This document shows positions 25,301 through 35,623 of a stretch of DNA of 43,837 nt, piece by piece. The stretch is taken from positions 1 to 43,837 of the forward strand of contig JBBQGF010000002.1 of assembly GCA_038322745.1 (NCBI GenBank). Direction: 5' to 3'. The notes under the pieces were generated by a model that did not search any database, was not told the DNA's origin, and saw only the letters and a list, made by a program, of their open reading frames with translations. The first letter of the stretch is position 1, and every line of letters begins with the position of its first letter. The translations under genes and the position numbers were made by a program. The DNA is from Minisyncoccia bacterium (GTDB lineage Bacteria; Patescibacteriota; Minisyncoccia; Phycocordibacterales; UBA9973).

Positions 25301-27106
25301 ATGGAAAAATATATTAAAATTAATAAAAATGAAGGATTCTCTTTAATAGAAACTATTTTTGCTATTTTTATTTTTATTGCAATCGCAACTGCAGTATATA
25401 CTGGTTTTGTTGGGATACAAAAAGTCATGAATGTCATAAGAGTTAAAGGGATTATGACAAATCTTGCAAATGAACAGTTTGAAATATCCCGCAATTTATC
25501 ATATCAAGACGTTGGAACAATAAGTGGTATTCCTGCTGGTGTTTTATCACAAAATAAAACTGTTTCAAGAGATAATAAAAATTTCAATATAGAAACAACG
25601 GTCCGTAGTGTAGATGATCCTTTTGATGGTACTTTTAATGGGACCCCTCGTGATTTATCACCTGGTGATATGAAAATTGTTGAACTAACTATTACTTGCA
25701 CTTCATGTGGTGCAAGTATGTCTTCGGTTTCTTTTACTACAAAAATTGCACCAAAAAATCTCGAAACAGCATCTACTAATGGGGCACTTGTAATTAGAGT
25801 TTTTGATGCGTCTGGATTACCAGTATCTGATGCAGAGGTAAATATTATAAATAATAATGTAAATCCTAAAATTAATCTAACAGATAATACAGATATCAAT
25901 GGTACTTTAACTATTGTTGATGCACCACCATCTTCAAATGGATATCAAATCATTGTTACAAAAACTGGATACTCTACTGATCGCACATATCCAGTGGCTG
26001 GTCCAGAAAATCCACATCCAACAAAACCAAATGTCACTGTTGTGATACAACAAGTTACTCAAATCTCTTTTACCATAGATAAAACAAGTACTATTAATTT
26101 TTCAACAGTAAATAATCAATGTACTCCAACTTCAGGATTTGATTTTAATATGATAGGTAGTAAATTAATAGGTACAATTCCAAATACATATAAATATTCA
26201 AATTCACTTATTACAAATAATAATGGAGAATTATCCCTTACAGGAATTGAATGGGATACATACACACTTTCAGGGATAGATAGTTTATATGACATTATTG
26301 GAACTAGTCCATTATTATCACTTGGTATTAATCCAAATGTAGTACAAAATATGGAAATAGTTACAGCACCTAAAAATGGCAATAGGCTACTTGTTGTAGT
26401 TAGAGATCAATCAACTGGATTACCTATTACTGATGCAGTTGTTACTCTTACAGGACCTAGTAATTATTCAAAAACTCTTACCACGAATGAAGGATTTCTT
26501 ACTCAGACTGATTGGTCAGATGGTAATGGTCAGGAAGCATTTGGTGCATATAATAAATTTTTAATACAAGATGGGAACATAGATACAACTAAATCCACAG
26601 GGAACTTGAGTCTCAAAAAAGTCTCTTCAAATTATTTACCTAGTGGAAATATTACCTCATCTACTTTTGATACTGGGTCTTCTAGTCATTTTAGACAGAT
26701 TATTTGGAGTTCAATAGTGCAACCTCCACAAACAGGTACTTTAAGTGTTAAAATTCAAATAGCAACAAATAACGATAATTCAACTTGGAATTTTGTAGGA
26801 CCAAATGATACTTCATCTACTTATTTTACTTCAACTAATCAAAATATTAACTCATCTCATGATGGAGATAGGTATTTTCGTTACCGTTTATATCTATCTA
26901 CTGAAAATACTTTATTTACCCCTACTATCTCTGATGTATCTTTCACTTATACATCATCTTGTATTCCACCTGGGCAAGTATCCTTTTCTTCACTATCAAC
27001 AGGTAATTATACAGTATCAATAAGTAAAACAGGTTATCAAAATACATCAAAAACTGTTAGTATATCAAGTAGTTGGACTAAACAAGAAATGACAATCTCG
27101 CCATAA
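25301..27106 (+). CDS. giant pilin-like protein (prepilin N-terminus plus carboxypeptidase-regulatory-like beta-sandwich repeats)
   Basis: 601 aa from the ATG at 25301. Class III signal KNEG/FSLIETIFAIFIFIAIA (Glu at +5). Repeated modules such as VIRVFDASGLPVSDAEVNI...GTLTI...GYQIIVTKTGYS. Confidence 0.7.
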   Translation: MEKYIKINKNEGFSLIETIFAIFIFIAIATAVYTGFVGIQKVMNVIRVKGIMTNLANEQFEISRNLSYQDVGTISGIPAGVLSQNKTVSRDNKNFNIETTVRSVDDPFDGTFNGTPRDLSPGDMKIVELTITCTSCGASMSSVSFTTKIAPKNLETASTNGALVIRVFDASGLPVSDAEVNIINNNVNPKINLTDNTDINGTLTIVDAPPSSNGYQIIVTKTGYSTDRTYPVAGPENPHPTKPNVTVVIQQVTQISFTIDKTSTINFSTVNNQCTPTSGFDFNMIGSKLIGTIPNTYKYSNSLITNNNGELSLTGIEWDTYTLSGIDSLYDIIGTSPLLSLGINPNVVQNMEIVTAPKNGNRLLVVVRDQSTGLPITDAVVTLTGPSNYSKTLTTNEGFLTQTDWSDGNGQEAFGAYNKFLIQDGNIDTTKSTGNLSLKKVSSNYLPSGNITSSTFDTGSSSHFRQIIWSSIVQPPQTGTLSVKIQIATNNDNSTWNFVGPNDTSSTYFTSTNQNINSSHDGDRYFRYRLYLSTENTLFTPTISDVSFTYTSSCIPPGQVSFSSLSTGNYTVSISKTGYQNTSKTVSISSSWTKQEMTISP

Positions 27107-27110
27107 AATA

Positions 27111-27722
27111 ATGTTAAATTTTAAAAAAATTAAAGGTTTTACTTTATTAGAAACTGTTATAAGTATTGCTATTTTTTCCTTAGTTATAGGTCTTGTTAGT
27201 TTATTTGCTAGAGATATTTTTTATTATGGAAGTATTTTTTCTGGAGGTTTAAGTGCCTACGATGAATCTAAAAAAGTTCTTCAACCAATTGCATCTGAAA
27301 TTCGTTCATCATCTCCTTCATCTTTGGGTTCATATCCAATCGAAACTGCAACTGATAATAGTTTTATTTTTTTTGCAGATATAAATAGTGATGGATTAAA
27401 AGAAAGAATCAGATATTTTCTTTCAGGAACAACTTTTAAGAAAGGTGTAATAACTCCAACAGGAAACCCGCTCTTATATATAGTAAATAATGAAGTGATT
27501 ACTGATGTTGTTCATAACATTAAAAACAATGGAACACCTATATTTAATTATTATAATACTAGTTATAATGGTAATACTGCATCATTGGCACAACCAGTAA
27601 TGGTCATAGAAATACGATTAATAAGAATCACATTAATTATTGATACTGATCCAAATAGGTCACCAGTCCCAGTAACTGTTTCAACTCAAATAAACTTACG
27701 TAATCTTAAAGATAATTTATAA
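27111..27722 (+). CDS. pseudopilin / minor pilin
   Basis: 203 aa. Prepilin motif KIKG/FTLLETVISIAIFSLVIGL. Confidence 0.7.
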   Translation: MLNFKKIKGFTLLETVISIAIFSLVIGLVSLFARDIFYYGSIFSGGLSAYDESKKVLQPIASEIRSSSPSSLGSYPIETATDNSFIFFADINSDGLKERIRYFLSGTTFKKGVITPTGNPLLYIVNNEVITDVVHNIKNNGTPIFNYYNTSYNGNTASLAQPVMVIEIRLIRITLIIDTDPNRSPVPVTVSTQINLRNLKDNL

Positions 27723-29191
27723 TGTATTATTTAAATAATAAAAATAAATATAATAGTGGAGTTGTACTTCTGAATGTACTTATTTTTTCTGTTGTTGCTG
27801 TAATGTTTATAGTATTATATTCTGGATGGGTTTCTTATAGTATTAAATTGACAAGAAAAACCTTAGCCAAAGAACAAGCTTTTCAAATTGCTGAATCGGG
27901 GGTTGATTATTATCGTTGGCACTTAGCTCATGTATCAAATGATTTTAAAGATGGAACAAATACAAATGGACCATATACACATAATTATTATGATAAGGAT
28001 GGTAATATTATTGGTAGTTTTATTTTAACAATCACTCCACCTATAATAGGCTCCACAATTGTTACAATTAAATCAGAAGGACATGTTATTGATTTTCCCT
28101 CAATAAAAAGAACTATTCAAACCCGCTTAGCCATTCCTTCTTTTGCAAAATACGCCATTGTAGCAAACGATTTTATGCGTTTTGGAGAGGGAACTGAAGT
28201 TTTTGGACCGATACATTCAAACAAAGGTATTAGATTTGATGGATTAGCTCACAATATTGTTACAAGTGCTGTTGCTACTTATGATGATCCTGATCACTCA
28301 GGAGGAAGTGAATTTGGAGTTCATACTCACTTAAATAATCCAGGCCCTACAATTAATGATTCGTTTCGTTCTCAAGAAGCATTACCTACAAACCCAGTTC
28401 CTAATAGAAGCGATGTTTTTATTGCAGGTCGCCAATTTCCAGTTCCACAATCTGATTTTACTGGTATTACAAATGATCTCTCTACCATTAAAACAAATGC
28501 ACAATCAAGTGGAATTTATCTAGCATCCTCTGGTTCAATGGGATATCATATAATTTTAAAAGTAAACGACACTTTTGATTTATATAAAGTTAAAAGTTTA
28601 ACAGCTGCATCAAGTAGTTGTTCAAATAGTTCGAGTACAAATGATGCAACATGGGGAACATGGAGTATTAAAACAGAAACATTTGTAGCAAACTATAATA
28701 ATCCCAGTAATGGTTTAATATTTGTTGAGGATAATATTTGGTTAGATGGTAAAATTAATACAGCGAGGTTGACGATTGCAGCAGGTAAATTCCCAGATAA
28801 TCCAAGTACCAGAAAAAGTATATTTATAAATAATGATTTACTATACACAAATTATAATGGCTTAGATATAATTGGTCTTATTTCTCAAGAAGATATATCT
28901 GTAGGAATGGAGAGTCCTGATACACTTCGTATTGATGCAGCATTAATGGCAAATAATGGGAGAATAGGAAGACATTACTATAGTAGTTCTTGTCCTTATA
29001 GCAATCGTAATAGTCTTACTTTATACGGCATGATAGGTAGTAGTGATAGATATGGTTTTGCATTTACTGATGGTACTGGTTATGATATCCGTACTATTAC
29101 ATATGATGCAAATTTATTATATGGACCACCACCTTCTTTTCCTTTAACTTCTAATAAATATTCTACTATTTCATGGGATGAAATAGAGTGA
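27722..29191 (+). CDS. PilX-like large pilus-associated protein (N-terminal hydrophobic helix, no Glu5)
   Basis: 489 aa. TAATG overlap with the upstream pilin gene. N-terminus NSGVVLLNVLIFSVVAVMFIVLY is followed by a large Gly/Asn/Ser-rich domain. Confidence 0.55.
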   Translation: MYYLNNKNKYNSGVVLLNVLIFSVVAVMFIVLYSGWVSYSIKLTRKTLAKEQAFQIAESGVDYYRWHLAHVSNDFKDGTNTNGPYTHNYYDKDGNIIGSFILTITPPIIGSTIVTIKSEGHVIDFPSIKRTIQTRLAIPSFAKYAIVANDFMRFGEGTEVFGPIHSNKGIRFDGLAHNIVTSAVATYDDPDHSGGSEFGVHTHLNNPGPTINDSFRSQEALPTNPVPNRSDVFIAGRQFPVPQSDFTGITNDLSTIKTNAQSSGIYLASSGSMGYHIILKVNDTFDLYKVKSLTAASSSCSNSSSTNDATWGTWSIKTETFVANYNNPSNGLIFVEDNIWLDGKINTARLTIAAGKFPDNPSTRKSIFINNDLLYTNYNGLDIIGLISQEDISVGMESPDTLRIDAALMANNGRIGRHYYSSSCPYSNRNSLTLYGMIGSSDRYGFAFTDGTGYDIRTITYDANLLYGPPPSFPLTSNKYSTISWDEIE

Positions 29192-29212
29192 TTTTTATGT
29201 TATAATAAAAGA

Positions 29213-29977
29213 ATGAGACAAAGGGGTAAGATAATAGTTGGTAATTGGAAGATGAATCCGCATTCTGAAAAAGAGGCGGAGTTTATTTGGAAAAGTATCA
29301 ATACATATATGAAAAAAGTTAAAAATTCGGAAGTGGTAATATGCCCTCCATATCCATTTTTATTTATTCATAAAAAATTAAAAATCAAAAATATAAAACT
29401 CGGAGCCCAAGATGTTTATTTTGAAAAGGAAGGTTCATATACTGGAGAAGTTTCAGCTTCAATGCTTAATAATTTTGGCACAGAATATGTAATTGTGGGT
29501 CATTCTGAAAGAAGAAAGATGTGTGATTCAGATGAAACTATAAATAAAAAGATTATTTCTATTCTTAAGTCTAAAATGACCCCAATTTTTTGTTTAGGAG
29601 AAAATACTCGTGACCATAATGGATTTTATTTATCTTTTGTTAAACAACAAATTATAAACGGGCTTGTAAATATTACAAAACCTCAAATGAAAAATATTGT
29701 TATTGCTTATGAGCCAGTTTGGGCTATAGGTGAAAGTGCAACCCGTATTGCCACTGTATCTGAATTTATAGAAATGAGAATTTTTATAAAGAAAATAATA
29801 TCTGATTTATATGATATAAAAACTGCAAATGATATCCGTATAATATATGGTGGATCTGTAAATCCTACCAATGCTGAATCTTTTATAAATGAAGGTAGTG
29901 CCGATGGATTACTAGTTGGTCGTGACAGTCTAACTCCTAAAAAATTTAACACAATTATTAATTTGGCAGGAAAGTAA
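29213..29977 (+). CDS. tpiA: triosephosphate isomerase
   Basis: 254 aa. GNWKMN, VGHSERR, AYEPVWAIG and YGGSV motifs. Confidence 0.9.
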   Translation: MRQRGKIIVGNWKMNPHSEKEAEFIWKSINTYMKKVKNSEVVICPPYPFLFIHKKLKIKNIKLGAQDVYFEKEGSYTGEVSASMLNNFGTEYVIVGHSERRKMCDSDETINKKIISILKSKMTPIFCLGENTRDHNGFYLSFVKQQIINGLVNITKPQMKNIVIAYEPVWAIGESATRIATVSEFIEMRIFIKKIISDLYDIKTANDIRIIYGGSVNPTNAESFINEGSADGLLVGRDSLTPKKFNTIINLAGK

Positions 29978-30076
29978 TAACTAAACTAGTTTTAAAAAAG
30001 TATTTTATTAAATTAAAGGTCAATTATTTTATTATTAAAATTAAATGGAGAAAACAATACCATTATTAATATCTGT

Positions 30077-31198
30077 ATGAAAACAATAAAAGATATCGAA
30101 AATTTAAAAGGAAAGAAAATTGTTGTAAGAGTAGATTTCAATGTACCTATTAAGGATGGTAAAGTAGTGGATGATTTCCGTATAAAAGCAGCTCTTCCAA
30201 CTATAGAATATTTACATAAAAAAGGGGCTATTGTTGTTCTAATTGCTCATATTGGTGATGATGTTACTAGTAGTTTAAAACCTGTTGCTATAAGGCTTAA
30301 AAAGTATATTCCAAATCTTAATTTTATTGAAACTTCTATTTTTTCAGATAACACAGAAAAGATTGTTAATAATTTGAAAAGCGGAGATGTAGTACTCCTT
30401 GAAAATCTTCGTCGTGAAATCGGTGAGAAAAAAAATGCACCATCTTTTGCGAGAGCACTTTCTCGATATGGAACAATATATGTAAATGATGCCTTTTCTG
30501 TATCACACAGAGCTCATGCTTCTGTAGTAGGAATTACAAAATATCTTCCAGGGTATGCAGGATTACAAATGGTTGAAGAAATAAATCATTTATCTAAAGC
30601 ATTTAATCCAAAACATCCATTTTTATTTATTCTTGGTGGCGCTAAATTTGAAACTAAAATTCCTCTAATTAAAAAATTCCTCCGAGATGCTGACCATGTA
30701 TTTATTGGCGGTGCGATTGCAAATGATTTCTTTAAAGCAAAAGGTTATGAAGTAGGTACATCACTTGTCAGTGATGGCAACATATCAATTAAGCCATTTG
30801 CTAAAAGTAGTAATTTAATAATACCTATTGATGTTGTGGCATGCAAAGGTGATAAAAGCCGTAATATAAAACCTAGTGATGTATTGGCAGATGAGTATAT
30901 TGTGGATATAGGGAAAGATACAGTTAGTAAACTAGGAGAGCTAATTGAAAAAGCAAGTTTCATACTTTGGAATGGACCATTAGGTAAATATGAAAGTGGA
31001 TTTTCTTCTTCTACAGAGAAAATTTTGAAATTAATTTCAAAAAGTAAAGCAAGTAGTGTTATAGGTGGGGGAGATACAGTAGCTCTTATTTCTAAATTAA
31101 AACTAGAAGATAAACTAGGATTTGTATCAACTGGAGGTGGAGCAACTCTCGATTTCCTTGCAAAAGGAACACTCCCAGGAATTAAAGCTTTAAAATAA
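30077..31198 (+). CDS. pgk: phosphoglycerate kinase (compact, 373 aa)
   Basis: VRVDFNVP, AHIG, LENLRR, FILGGAKFETKI and STGGGATLDFL motifs. Confidence 0.9.
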   Translation: MKTIKDIENLKGKKIVVRVDFNVPIKDGKVVDDFRIKAALPTIEYLHKKGAIVVLIAHIGDDVTSSLKPVAIRLKKYIPNLNFIETSIFSDNTEKIVNNLKSGDVVLLENLRREIGEKKNAPSFARALSRYGTIYVNDAFSVSHRAHASVVGITKYLPGYAGLQMVEEINHLSKAFNPKHPFLFILGGAKFETKIPLIKKFLRDADHVFIGGAIANDFFKAKGYEVGTSLVSDGNISIKPFAKSSNLIIPIDVVACKGDKSRNIKPSDVLADEYIVDIGKDTVSKLGELIEKASFILWNGPLGKYESGFSSSTEKILKLISKSKASSVIGGGDTVALISKLKLEDKLGFVSTGGGATLDFLAKGTLPGIKALK

Positions 31199-31214
31199 TT
31201 ATTCTATTCTATTA

Positions 31215-31249
31215 AAATTTCCACATTTCTTGTGGAAATTTTTGTTTTT
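31215..31249 (+). terminator. intrinsic terminator
   Basis: 11-bp stem aaatttccaca / tgtggaaattt followed by a T-rich run. Confidence 0.7.
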
Positions 31250-31284
31250 ATAAGAGTAATGATTTTTATGTTACAATCATTATT

Positions 31285-32943
31285 ATGCCAAATCATGTTG
31301 AACTTCTAGATCTACTTTTGAAAAATCGTGGAATAAAAGAAAAAGATAAAGACAAATTTCTAAATCCTAAATATGAACGTGATTTATATGACCCATATCT
31401 TATGAAGAATATGGAAAAAGCTTGTATAAGAATATTTGAAGCCACAGAAGCAAAAGAGAAAATTGTGATATATAGTGATTATGATTGTGATGGGATTCCA
31501 GCAGCGGTTATAATGCACGACTTTTTTGATAAAATTGGATATCTAAATTACACCATATATATTCCAGATAGACATGATGAGGGATATGGATTACATCTTG
31601 ATGCAATAGATGAGTTTATAAATGATAATGTTAATTTACTTATAACTTTTGACTTAGGAATAACAGCACTAGCAGAAGTAATCAAAGCACAAGCAGCAGG
31701 GATAGATGTGATTATTACAGACCATCATATACCATCCTTAGAGGGGATTCCAAATGCTTATGCAGTTCTAAATCCAAAACAAGATGGGTGTAATTATCCA
31801 GATAAAATGCTTTGTGGTGCAGGTGTCGCTTTTAAACTAGTCCAAGCACTAATATTGAAGTATGGAGAATATTGGAAAATAAATAATGGATGGGAAAAAT
31901 GGTTACTTGATATGGTAGGTGTCGCAACACTTGCAGACCAAGTTCCACTCCTTGACGAAAATCGTGTATTTGCATATTACGGATTAAAAGTTTTACAAAA
32001 AGGAAGGAGGCCTGGTCTCACTGAAATTTTTCGTAAAGCTGGAGTTGATATAACAAAACTTAACGAAGAAGATGTAACTTTTACACTTGCTCCAAGATTA
32101 AATGCAGCTAGTCGTATGGCAAGTCCAATGATGGCATATGATGCACTTGCGACAACTGATATTGTATATGCAAAAACTTCTGCTAATAATTTAGCTAAAA
32201 TAAATGATGAACGCAAATACATGGTTGCAGGAATAATGAAAGAAGTAAATAAAGTTTTAGAGAAAAGAGAAGAGAAGGGAATAATAGTTATTGGTAATCC
32301 AAGCTGGAGAATCGGCGTTCTTGGAATAGTGGCTTCAAAAATTGCAGAAGAACACAAGAAACCAGTTTTTGTTTGGGGGTCAGATGGTAGTGATGACTTA
32401 AAAGGTTCATGTCGTTCATGGGGAAGTGCAAACCTTGTAGATATCATGAATGCGTTACCAGAAGGTGCTCTCTCTGGTTTCGGTGGACATGCTGGGGCTG
32501 GAGGATTTTCAGTAACACATGAGGAAATTCATTTTTTAGAAGAGAGAATTCTAAAAGTTTGCGGTGAGGGATTAGAAGTTGAGGAAAAAGTAAAAGATGA
32601 AGGAGTCGATGCTGTTATAAGTATTGATGATATTACAATTGATAATTATAAAGTAATTGAGATGCTATCCCCATATGGAGTAGGGAATCCAAAACCTAAA
32701 TTTCTTTTAAAAGAAATCCCTATATTTTCGATCAAAGAATTTGGTAAAGAAAAAAATCATCTAGAATTAAGTTTTTCAAATAGTAAAGGTAGACAAATAA
32801 AAGCTATAGCATTCTTTAAAACAAGAGAAAGTTATAATAATACACTTGAAGTTGGACAAAGAATAAATTTAGTGGCCACCTTTGAAAAAAGTACATTTGC
32901 TGGTCGCACCGAGCTAAGATTACGAATTATTGATATACTATAA
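31285..32943 (+). CDS. recJ: single-stranded-DNA-specific exonuclease RecJ
   Basis: 552 aa. DHH motifs YSDYDCDGI, ITFDLG, ITDHH. DHHA1 motif GGHAGAGG. Confidence 0.9.
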   Translation: MPNHVELLDLLLKNRGIKEKDKDKFLNPKYERDLYDPYLMKNMEKACIRIFEATEAKEKIVIYSDYDCDGIPAAVIMHDFFDKIGYLNYTIYIPDRHDEGYGLHLDAIDEFINDNVNLLITFDLGITALAEVIKAQAAGIDVIITDHHIPSLEGIPNAYAVLNPKQDGCNYPDKMLCGAGVAFKLVQALILKYGEYWKINNGWEKWLLDMVGVATLADQVPLLDENRVFAYYGLKVLQKGRRPGLTEIFRKAGVDITKLNEEDVTFTLAPRLNAASRMASPMMAYDALATTDIVYAKTSANNLAKINDERKYMVAGIMKEVNKVLEKREEKGIIVIGNPSWRIGVLGIVASKIAEEHKKPVFVWGSDGSDDLKGSCRSWGSANLVDIMNALPEGALSGFGGHAGAGGFSVTHEEIHFLEERILKVCGEGLEVEEKVKDEGVDAVISIDDITIDNYKVIEMLSPYGVGNPKPKFLLKEIPIFSIKEFGKEKNHLELSFSNSKGRQIKAIAFFKTRESYNNTLEVGQRINLVATFEKSTFAGRTELRLRIIDIL

Positions 32944-33051
32944 CAAGTTCGAATTATACAAAACTCCTCTTTATAAGGTCCTCTGATAAGGTAGGATGAG
33001 GGGCCAGACCATTACTCATATGACTTTGTATAATCCTTACCTAATAAACAT

Positions 33052-33522
33052 ATGGAAAATAAAAATATAATAATTTATACAGATGGATCTTCACTTGGTA
33101 ATCCTGGTCCAGGTGGTTGGGGAACTGTAATAATAGAAAAAGATAAAGTCATCAAAGAACTTGGAGGATGTGAAAAAAATACAACTAACAACCGCATGGA
33201 AATGATGGCTGTTGTCCAAGCTCTAAAATACTTAGAAAAAATAAAACACATAGGAGATATAATTATTCATGCAGATTCTGCTTATGTACTTGGAGGTATC
33301 ACTTCTTGGGTTTTTAATTGGGAAAAAAATGGATGGAAAACTTCTAAAAAGGAACCGGTTCTTAATCAAGATTTATGGAAAGAATTAATAACACTTGCTC
33401 GTTCATCGAAAAGTAAATTAAAGTGGCAAAAAGTAAAAGGACATTCAGGTATATTACATAACGAGTTAGCTGACAAAATAGCGACAACTTGTGCTAGTTC
33501 ACAAAAAAACCATTTTAAATAA
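33052..33522 (+). CDS. rnhA: ribonuclease HI
   Basis: 156 aa. IYTDGSSLGNPGPGGWG, NNRMEMMAV, ADSAYV, KGHSG..HNELADKIA. Confidence 0.9.
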   Translation: MENKNIIIYTDGSSLGNPGPGGWGTVIIEKDKVIKELGGCEKNTTNNRMEMMAVVQALKYLEKIKHIGDIIIHADSAYVLGGITSWVFNWEKNGWKTSKKEPVLNQDLWKELITLARSSKSKLKWQKVKGHSGILHNELADKIATTCASSQKNHFK

Positions 33523-33551
33523 TTTTAGAATGGTTTTTATATTTATAAAAT

Positions 33552-34847
33552 ATGTCTAAAAAAGAAATTATAATAGTATTTATTTTAGTAATAATCGCTA
33601 GCGTGCGGTTTTTCTTTTTCATACCAAAAGCTCCTAATTATAATTTTGCTGTTGGGAAGCAGGTAATAATAGAGGGAATTGTTAGTGACGATCCTGATAT
33701 ACGATTAAAAAATAAACATATAATAATAACTCAAGAAAATAAGGATGTGAGCATACTAGTAATAGTTGATAGCAATCTAGATATATCTTATGGAGACAAA
33801 GTAAAATTAGTAGGGATTTTAGAGGAGCCAGAAAATTTTATAACCAATATAGGTAAAGAATTTAATTATAAGAAATATCTTGCAAACCGAGATATTTATT
33901 ATTTAATAAAGAATCCGAATATTAAAATAATTTCAAGTGGAAATGGTAGTTATATAAAGTCCAAATTGTATAAATTACGAACTTCATTTATGAAAAATAT
34001 AAATGAAGTTATTCCTATGCCAGAAAGTGACTTAGCCAATGGTCTTATTCTTGGGGCAAGGGGAGGATTTGACGAAGATATGAAGAATGAATTTATAAAT
34101 ACAGGGACAATCCACATCATCGCACTTTCTGGTTACAATGTTTCAATAGTAGCTGATGGTGTGATGAAACTTTTTGGATTAATTTTTTCTCAAATTATAT
34201 CAATCATTTTTGGAATAATTATAATTTTACTATTTATAATAATGGCTGGAGCATCACCAACAGCTATACGAGCAGGAATTATGGCTACAATTATGCTTCT
34301 AGGCAAGATGACAGGGAGACGATATGATGCAGGAAGAGCACTAGTTATCGCAGGATTTCTAATGGTTGCATATGATCCCAGAGTGATTGTTGATATGTCT
34401 TTTCAATTATCATTTATAGCCACCGGAGGAGTTCTCTTTGTTACACCTAAAGTTATTAATTGGTTTTGGTTTTTACCAATGCGTTTTGGAATTAGAGAAA
34501 TAATGGCTACAACTATAGCTGCCACAATTTCCGTATTGCCTATATTACTTTATTTAACAGGAGTTTTGTCCCTCGTTTCAATCTTTGCAAATATTTTGAT
34601 ACTATTATTTATTCCTATTACAATGCTACTTTCTTTTATTGTTGGAATGTTCGGATATATTTCACCAATATTAGCAGTTTCTTTTGGATATCTAGCGCAC
34701 CTACTACTCCTATATATCCTTTTAGTAATTCACTTTTTTGGTTCACTATCATTTGCCAGTGTCAGTATACAATCATTTCCACTCATTCTCACAATCCTTC
34801 TTTATATATATTTGCTATATTGGACTTTTGGGAACAAAGAAAAATAA
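33552..34847 (+). CDS. comEC: ComEC/Rec2 DNA-uptake channel, N-terminal part (OB/DUF4131 + competence domain), no MBL domain
   Basis: 431 aa. TGTIHIIALSGYNVSIV competence-domain motif within a polytopic membrane region. Confidence 0.8.
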   Translation: MSKKEIIIVFILVIIASVRFFFFIPKAPNYNFAVGKQVIIEGIVSDDPDIRLKNKHIIITQENKDVSILVIVDSNLDISYGDKVKLVGILEEPENFITNIGKEFNYKKYLANRDIYYLIKNPNIKIISSGNGSYIKSKLYKLRTSFMKNINEVIPMPESDLANGLILGARGGFDEDMKNEFINTGTIHIIALSGYNVSIVADGVMKLFGLIFSQIISIIFGIIIILLFIIMAGASPTAIRAGIMATIMLLGKMTGRRYDAGRALVIAGFLMVAYDPRVIVDMSFQLSFIATGGVLFVTPKVINWFWFLPMRFGIREIMATTIAATISVLPILLYLTGVLSLVSIFANILILLFIPITMLLSFIVGMFGYISPILAVSFGYLAHLLLLYILLVIHFFGSLSFASVSIQSFPLILTILLYIYLLYWTFGNKEK

Positions 34848-34903
34848 ATTTAGTATAAATAATAAAAATTAACAATATAATTATTGAGTTGGTAAATAGT
34901 TAT

Positions 34904-35497
34904 TTATTGAGCTTTTTTAAAATTTTCTTCTATTACTTCCCAGTTTAGGTTTGCAAAAAATGCTTCAATATACTTTTTTTTATCAGCAGGAACGTAATCT
35001 AAATAATAAGAATGTTCCCACATATCCAAAGCAAGAATAGGGGATAGTCCAATGAGACTCCCTATATGTTGTTCATCTACCCATTGAGTTAATAGTTTAT
35101 TTTCACTCTTATCATAATAGAGCATTGCCCATCCAACACCACGAGTCATAGCGAGTGCTTTGAAATTCTCAAGCCATATATCGAAACTTAGTTCACTATG
35201 CAATATTACTTTTTTTAGTGAGGATTCATCATCTAAACTTTTTGCTCCACCTAAAAGTGAAGAAAAATATATTTCATGATTTCTCATACCTCCAAATTCA
35301 AATGAAAATCTACGATGAAGTTCACTTAATACATATGCATTCTCAATAGGATTTGTTTCATACTCTTTAATTTTATTTAAAACTAAATTAGAATTATTTA
35401 CATAACCTTTATATAATTTAAGATGTTCCTCTATACTATTTTCGCTTATTCCAATAAGTTTTCCAAACTCAAATATTTTATGTGTAAATATTTCCAT
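34904..35497 (-). CDS. Fe/Mn-family superoxide dismutase (divergent N-terminus)
   Basis: 197 aa. C-terminal signature LALDMWEHSYYLDY. GGMRNHEIYF supplies the second His ligand. The N-terminal helix reads EEHLKLYKGYV in place of the usual H-H-x-K-H-H context. Confidence 0.8.
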   Translation of the reverse strand: MEIFTHKIFEFGKLIGISENSIEEHLKLYKGYVNNSNLVLNKIKEYETNPIENAYVLSELHRRFSFEFGGMRNHEIYFSSLLGGAKSLDDESSLKKVILHSELSFDIWLENFKALAMTRGVGWAMLYYDKSENKLLTQWVDEQHIGSLIGLSPILALDMWEHSYYLDYVPADKKKYIEAFFANLNWEVIEENFKKAQ

Positions 35498-35623
35498 GAT
35501 ATTATTACCTTTACAAACTTTCCAATAAAAAAATGACTACTATAGGATTACGCTCAGACATAAATTTTCTATTGAAAAAGATTGCTACGATTTTTTTATA
35601 AATGTTAATATATAAAGTATAAC

